Origin: Isoptericola halotolerans
GTDB lineage: Bacteria > Actinomycetota > Actinomycetes > Actinomycetales > Cellulomonadaceae
Length of the DNA: 64,000 nucleotides
Direction: 5' to 3'
NCBI RefSeq assembly: GCF_013149785.1
Contig: NZ_JABEZU010000002.1
Span: 1 to 64,000 of the forward strand
Positions 59,631 through 64,000 of the stretch are shown piece by piece. A program made the translations under genes and the position numbers. Positions within the stretch are counted from its first letter, which is position 1. The number at the start of each line of letters is the position of its first letter. The notes below the pieces were generated by a model. The model did no database searches and had not been told where the DNA came from. It saw only the letters and a program-made list of their open reading frames with translations.

Positions 59631-60224
59631 TCATGGCGCCGATCTCGGTGATGACCTTGTCGGCGCGGTCGTTGCCCGGGCGTCGAGTGACGCCGACATG
59701 TGTGGCTGTCGAGCGGCCGCGATCCATTGCACGTTCCGCAGGGTGGTGGTGTCAGGGCCGGTCCAGATTTCGCACTCCCAGCCGCATGAGCGACACACGC
59801 CCCGTGTCCAGGCGAGCGAGGTCTCGACCTCATCCTTCGCAAGCATGGTCTTGGGCTTTACGTCGACCACGCGAACGGTGCCGTCGCGATGCGGGCTGAC
59901 AAAGTCGGGGATCCGGTTGCGTACGCGGTCCCCGTCGTGTCCTCGCAGCCGCATTGGTTGGGCGGCGATGCGCGCGACGGACGGGTCGAAGTCGGCGAGC
60001 CAGAGCCAGGAGAGTTCGAGCAGGCTCTCGTAGACCACGTGTCGGCTCATCGTCGACGACCAGAAGTAGCCCGAGTAGTTCCGTCGTCCGACATAGACCG
60101 GGAAGTGGCGCACGGGGCTGCCCTCGACGAGCTGGCGCGCGTCGACCTTCGAGATGTCTGCGGTGACGTCGTCGCCGGGGCCGGTCACGTAGGTGACCTG
60201 GACCTCGCCCGTTGCGACCGGCAT
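59631..60224 (-). pseudogene. TnsA-like heteromeric transposase endonuclease subunit, apparently C-terminally truncated
   Basis: YSGYFWS, YESLLE..WL..DFDPSV..IAAQP, IPDF...VVDVKP (PD-D/ExK); tail after WIAAARQP looks out of frame. Confidence 0.8.
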
Positions 60225-60241
60225 GTCCGAATCGTAGGGCT

Positions 60242-60317
60242 ACGACACGTTAATGGAAAATTCGCCACGGCCACGACACCGTGATGGAAAACTCGCCACG
60301 TTAGGTGGAAACCTACA
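60242..60317. repeat. Subterminal repeats of the element (putative transposase-binding sites)
   Basis: 28-bp repeats at 60242 and 60273 (24/28 identical), and a third partial copy CGCCACGTTAGGTGGAAA next to CCTACA. Confidence 0.85.
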
Positions 60318-60378
60318 GCCCGTTCGCTCACGGCGAACACCGCCCCTCAGCAGGCGGAATAGTCGTCGCGCCGTGGAG

Positions 60379-60399
60379 GTTGAGTGAAGCAGACTCAAC
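60379..60399. promoter_or_regulatory. HAIR operator 1 (HspR site)
   Basis: GTTGAGT-N7-ACTCAAC vs consensus CTTGAGT-N7-ACTCAAG, upstream of dnaK. Confidence 0.92.
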
Positions 60400-60440
60400 T
60401 TTGGCGCCGCGCGTTGGACACCGGCCGCGCCGAGTCTTAA

Positions 60441-60461
60441 GTTGAGTGCAGACGACTCAAT
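60441..60461. promoter_or_regulatory. HAIR operator 2, overlapping a putative -10 (TAAGTT, 60438)
   Basis: GTTGAGT-N7-ACTCAAT; candidate -35 TGGACA at 60415 with 17-bp spacer. Confidence 0.9.
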
Positions 60462-60484
60462 CCCCGTCACGAAGGAGCACCACC

Positions 60485-62371
60485 ATGGCTCGTGCAGTCG
60501 GCATCGACCTCGGAACCACCAACTCGGTGGTCGCCGTCCTGGAGGGCGGCGAGCCCACCGTCATCGCGAACGCCGAGGGTGCCCGCACCACCCCGTCCGT
60601 CGTCGCGTTCTCCAAGAACGGCGAGGTCCTCGTCGGTGAGGTCGCCAAGCGGCAGGCCGTCACCAACGTCGACCGCACCATCGCGTCGGTCAAGCGCCAC
60701 ATGGGCACCGACTGGTCGCAGGAGATCGACGACAAGAAGTACTCCGCGCAGGAGATCAGCGCGCGCGTCCTGGGCAAGCTGAAGCGCGACGCCGAGGAGT
60801 ACCTGGGCGAGGCCGTCACCGACGCCGTCATCACCGTCCCGGCGTACTTCAACGACGCCGAGCGCCAGGCCACGAAGGACGCGGGGCAGATCGCCGGCCT
60901 CAACGTGCAGCGCATCGTCAACGAGCCCACCGCCGCGGCGCTCGCCTACGGGCTGGACCGGGGCAAGGAGGACGAGCTCATCCTCGTCTTCGACCTCGGT
61001 GGCGGCACGTTCGACGTCTCCCTGCTCGAGGTGGGCAAGGACGAGGACGACTTCTCCACGATCCAGGTGCGCGCCACCTCCGGCGACAACCGCCTCGGTG
61101 GTGACGACTGGGACCAGCGCATCGTCGAGCACCTCATCAAGCAGGTGAAGAACTCCGCGGGCGTCGACCTGTCCAAGGACAAGATCGCCCTGCAGCGTCT
61201 GCGCGAGGCGGCCGAGCAGGCCAAGAAGGAGCTCTCCTCCGCGACGAGCACCAACATCTCGATGCAGTACCTGTCGATGAGCGAGAACGGGCCCGTCCAC
61301 CTGGACGAGAAGCTGACCCGCGCGCAGTTCCAGCAGATGACGCAGGACCTCATCGACCGCACCAAGGAGCCCTTCCACGCGGTGATCCGCGACGCGGGCG
61401 TCTCCATCTCGGAGATCGACCACGTCGTGCTCGTCGGTGGTTCCACCCGCATGCCGGCCGTGGCCGACGTCGTGCGTGAGCTGACCGGTGGCAAGGAGCC
61501 CAACAAGGGTGTCAACCCGGACGAGGTCGTCGCCGTCGGCGCCGCCCTGCAGGCCGGTGTCATCGGCGGTGAGCGCAAGGACATCCTGCTCATCGACGTG
61601 ACCCCGCTGTCCCTCGGCATCGAGACCAAGGGCGGCGTGATGACCAAGCTCATCGAGCGCAACACGGCCATCCCGACCAAGCGCAGCGAGATCTTCTCCA
61701 CGGCCGAGGACAACCAGCCGTCGGTGGCGATCCAGGTCTTCCAGGGCGAGCGCGAGTTCACCCGGGACAACAAGCCGCTGGGCACCTTCGAGCTGACCGG
61801 CATCGCGCCGGCACCGCGCGGTGTCCCGCAGATCGAGGTCACCTTCGACATCGACGCGAACGGCATCGTGCACGTGTCCGCCTCGGACCGCGGCACGGGC
61901 ACCGAGCAGTCGATGAAGATCACCGGTGGGTCGGCCCTCCCCAAGGAGGACATCGACCGGATGGTCAAGGAGGCCGAGGAGCACGCCGAGGAGGACAAGA
62001 AGCGTCGCGAGGAGGCCGAGACCCGCAACCAGGCGGAGTCCTTCGCCTACTCGATGGAGAAGCAGATCGCGGACAACCGCGACAAGCTCCCCGCCGACGT
62101 CGTCACCGAGGTGGAGGCGGACATCGCCGGCGTCAAGACCGCCCTGGAGGGCGAGGACGCCGACGCCGTGAAGACCGCCTACGAGAAGCTCGGCGCCTCC
62201 TCGCAGAAGATCGGTGAGGCCCTGTACTCGGCCGAGCAGGCCGCGGGTGCCGGTGCCGGTGCCGAGGGCGCGGCGGCCGGCGACGCGCCGTCGTCGGAGT
62301 CGAAGGACTCCGACGAGGACGTCGTGGACGCCGAGATCGTGGACGACGAGGACGACAAGGACCGCAAGTGA
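60485..62371 (+). CDS. dnaK: Chaperone DnaK
   Basis: [46 protein letters not shown]. Confidence 0.99.
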   Translation: MARAVGIDLGTTNSVVAVLEGGEPTVIANAEGARTTPSVVAFSKNGEVLVGEVAKRQAVTNVDRTIASVKRHMGTDWSQEIDDKKYSAQEISARVLGKLKRDAEEYLGEAVTDAVITVPAYFNDAERQATKDAGQIAGLNVQRIVNEPTAAALAYGLDRGKEDELILVFDLGGGTFDVSLLEVGKDEDDFSTIQVRATSGDNRLGGDDWDQRIVEHLIKQVKNSAGVDLSKDKIALQRLREAAEQAKKELSSATSTNISMQYLSMSENGPVHLDEKLTRAQFQQMTQDLIDRTKEPFHAVIRDAGVSISEIDHVVLVGGSTRMPAVADVVRELTGGKEPNKGVNPDEVVAVGAALQAGVIGGERKDILLIDVTPLSLGIETKGGVMTKLIERNTAIPTKRSEIFSTAEDNQPSVAIQVFQGEREFTRDNKPLGTFELTGIAPAPRGVPQIEVTFDIDANGIVHVSASDRGTGTEQSMKITGGSALPKEDIDRMVKEAEEHAEEDKKRREEAETRNQAESFAYSMEKQIADNRDKLPADVVTEVEADIAGVKTALEGEDADAVKTAYEKLGASSQKIGEALYSAEQAAGAGAGAEGAAAGDAPSSESKDSDEDVVDAEIVDDEDDKDRK

Positions 62372-63030
62372 CGTCGGACGAGACGCAGGGCACCCCCGAG
62401 CAGCCGGAGGACGGCCGCTCGGGGGACGCCCCTTTCCAGTTCAGGGACAAGCGCAAGGTCGACCCCACCTCGGGTGAGAAGCGCCCCGACGCCCCGGCGT
62501 CGGACGCTGCCGACGCCGCGCAGGGCGGGGACGACGGCGGAGCGACCGACCCGCTCGAGGCGCTCGACTTCGAGCCCTCGGCCGAGGCGACCGAGGACTC
62601 CGAGCTGCTGGCGGCCAAGGCCCAGGCGGCGGAGAACCTCGACGCGCTCCAGCGGGAGCGGGCGAGCTTCACGAACTACCGCAACCGGGCGCTGCGCGAC
62701 CAGGAGGCCGCGCGGACCCAGGGTGTCCAGGACGTGCTCGCGGCGCTGCTGCCGATGCTCGACGACGTCGAGCGTGCCAAGCAGCACGCCGAGCTGTCGG
62801 GCCCGATGGCCGCCATCGCGGAGAAGCTCGACGCGTCGCTCGCGAAGTTCGGCGTCGAGCGGTTCGGCCGCGTGGGGGAGGAGTTCGACCCCACCGTGCA
62901 CGAGGCGCTCATGCACAGCACGGACGCCGAGGCCGAGACCACCACGGTCAACCTGGTGGTCGAGCCCGGCTACCGCATCGGTGACAAGGTGGTCCGCGCC
63001 GCCCGCGTGGGCGTCGTCGGCCCCGAGTGA
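62368..63030 (+). CDS. grpE: Nucleotide exchange factor GrpE
   Basis: [31 protein letters not shown]. Confidence 0.98.
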   Translation: MTSDETQGTPEQPEDGRSGDAPFQFRDKRKVDPTSGEKRPDAPASDAADAAQGGDDGGATDPLEALDFEPSAEATEDSELLAAKAQAAENLDALQRERASFTNYRNRALRDQEAARTQGVQDVLAALLPMLDDVERAKQHAELSGPMAAIAEKLDASLAKFGVERFGRVGEEFDPTVHEALMHSTDAEAETTTVNLVVEPGYRIGDKVVRAARVGVVGPE

Positions 63031-63032
63031 TG

Positions 63033-63104
63033 GTTGTGGGCGCGATCTCTGGGCTGTGAAACCGCCTCAAGCGGGCATAGCGGGCCAGAGATCGCGCCCA
63101 CAAC
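63033..63104. repeat. 72-bp palindromic element between grpE and dnaJ
   Basis: Perfect 20-bp arms GTTGTGGGCGCGATCTCTGG / CCAGAGATCGCGCCCACAAC. Confidence 0.9.
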
Positions 63105-63133
63105 GCCGAAGCAGGTAAGGAGAGAGGGACGTC

Positions 63134-64000
63134 GTGACCGGCCAGGACTGGATCGAGAAGGACTTCTACGCCGCGCTCGGCGTCCCCAAGGACGCCGACC
63201 AGGCGGCCATCAAGAAGGCGTACCGCAAGCTGGCGCGCCAGTACCACCCGGACCAGAACCCGGGCGATGCCGCCGCCGAGTCCCGCTTCAAGGAGATCGG
63301 CGAGGCGTACGCCGTGCTGTCCGACACCGAGCAGCGCCAGCAGTACGACGCGGTGCGCTCGATGGCCGGTGGTGGTGCCCGCTTCAACGCGGGTCCCGGC
63401 GGTGCGGCCGGTGGCTTCGAGGACGTCTTCAGCTCGATGTTCGGCGGGGGAGCGCGGCCCAGCGCAGGTCCGCAGTACCAGCAGTACCCCGGCGGCGGTG
63501 CCGGGTTCGAGGACATCCTCGGCTCGATGTTCGGCGGGGGTGGCCGGCCCGCCGGCTTCGGGGGCCCGCAGCAGCGCAAGGGGGCTGACGTCGAGACCCG
63601 CGCCACGCTCCCGTTCCGCGCCGCGGTCGAGGGCACCACGGTCGAGCTGACCGTCGACGGCAAGAAGATCACCGCGCGCATCCCCGCCGGCGTGCACGAC
63701 GGCCAGAAGATCCGGCTGCGTGGCAAGGGACGGCCCGGTCAGGCCGGTGGCCCGGCTGGCGACCTGCTCATCGCCGTGCACGTCACCGAGCACCCCGTGT
63801 TCTCGATCGACGGCGCCGACCTGCGGATGACTCTGCCGGTGACCTTCGCGGAGGCCACGCTGGGCACGACGGTCGAGGTGCCGACGCTCTCCGGCGACCC
63901 GGTGCGCCTCAAGGTCCCGTCCGGGACGCCGTCGGGCCGGGTGCTGCGCGTCAAGGGCCGTGGTGTGGCGACGGCGAAGCGCACCGGCGACCTCAAGGTC
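63134..64000 (+). CDS. dnaJ: DnaJ co-chaperone without zinc finger (class B), runs off the window
   Basis: MTGQDWIEKDFY...YHPD J-domain, G/F region, then directly KGADVE...RIPAGV..GQKIRLRGKG; not in the ORF track because it has no stop in the window. Confidence 0.95.
   Translation, partial: MTGQDWIEKDFYAALGVPKDADQAAIKKAYRKLARQYHPDQNPGDAAAESRFKEIGEAYAVLSDTEQRQQYDAVRSMAGGGARFNAGPGGAAGGFEDVFSSMFGGGARPSAGPQYQQYPGGGAGFEDILGSMFGGGGRPAGFGGPQQRKGADVETRATLPFRAAVEGTTVELTVDGKKITARIPAGVHDGQKIRLRGKGRPGQAGGPAGDLLIAVHVTEHPVFSIDGADLRMTLPVTFAEATLGTTVEVPTLSGDPVRLKVPSGTPSGRVLRVKGRGVATAKRTGDLKV

Larger units (their letters stand above)
55136..60317. mobile_element. Non-autonomous Tn7-like (TnsA-bearing) element, 5,182 bp, with defence-type cargo
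   Basis: Ends TGTAGG (55136) and CCTACA (60317); GCCCGTT at both 55129-55135 and 60318-60324; subterminal repeats; TnsA-like gene beside one end; visibly more A/T than flanks. Confidence 0.85.

Noticed and set aside
60242..60317. Repeats as a mini-CRISPR or iterons
   Set aside because: Only 2-3 units with 3-bp gaps, ending at TGT/ACA beside tnsA; transposon end fits better.
55136..60317. CRISPR-associated transposon or prophage
   Set aside because: No cas, tniQ, integrase or phage structural genes are recognisable.

Overview
High-GC actinobacterial chromosome (Micrococcales-like gene content; inferred), running from the 3' end of an rRNA operon (5S) to the dnaK-grpE-dnaJ operon. Ordinary content: Rrf2+TauE, TPP riboswitch-thiBPQ, two divergent LuxR-type regulators, MFS, a 2142-aa LPXTG surface protein, PrsW, pgi, LacI/ABC/GH3 sugar cluster, a DosR/DosS-like module with visible binding boxes, several transferases and transporters, a four-domain cold-shock protein and a TPR-AAA ATPase/TPR-membrane protein pair. 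Main find: a 5,182-bp element (55136-60317) with TGTAGG...CCTACA ends, repeated subterminal sites and an exact 7-bp flanking duplication (GCCCGTT), inserted just upstream of the dnaK HAIR operators. It keeps only a truncated TnsA-like gene and carries defence-type cargo: a RelE/HigB-like toxin, HTH antitoxin and SecB-like chaperone (TAC triad), an Mrr-family nuclease and a possible HEPN-like protein. All calls come from reading motifs by eye; no database searches were run.
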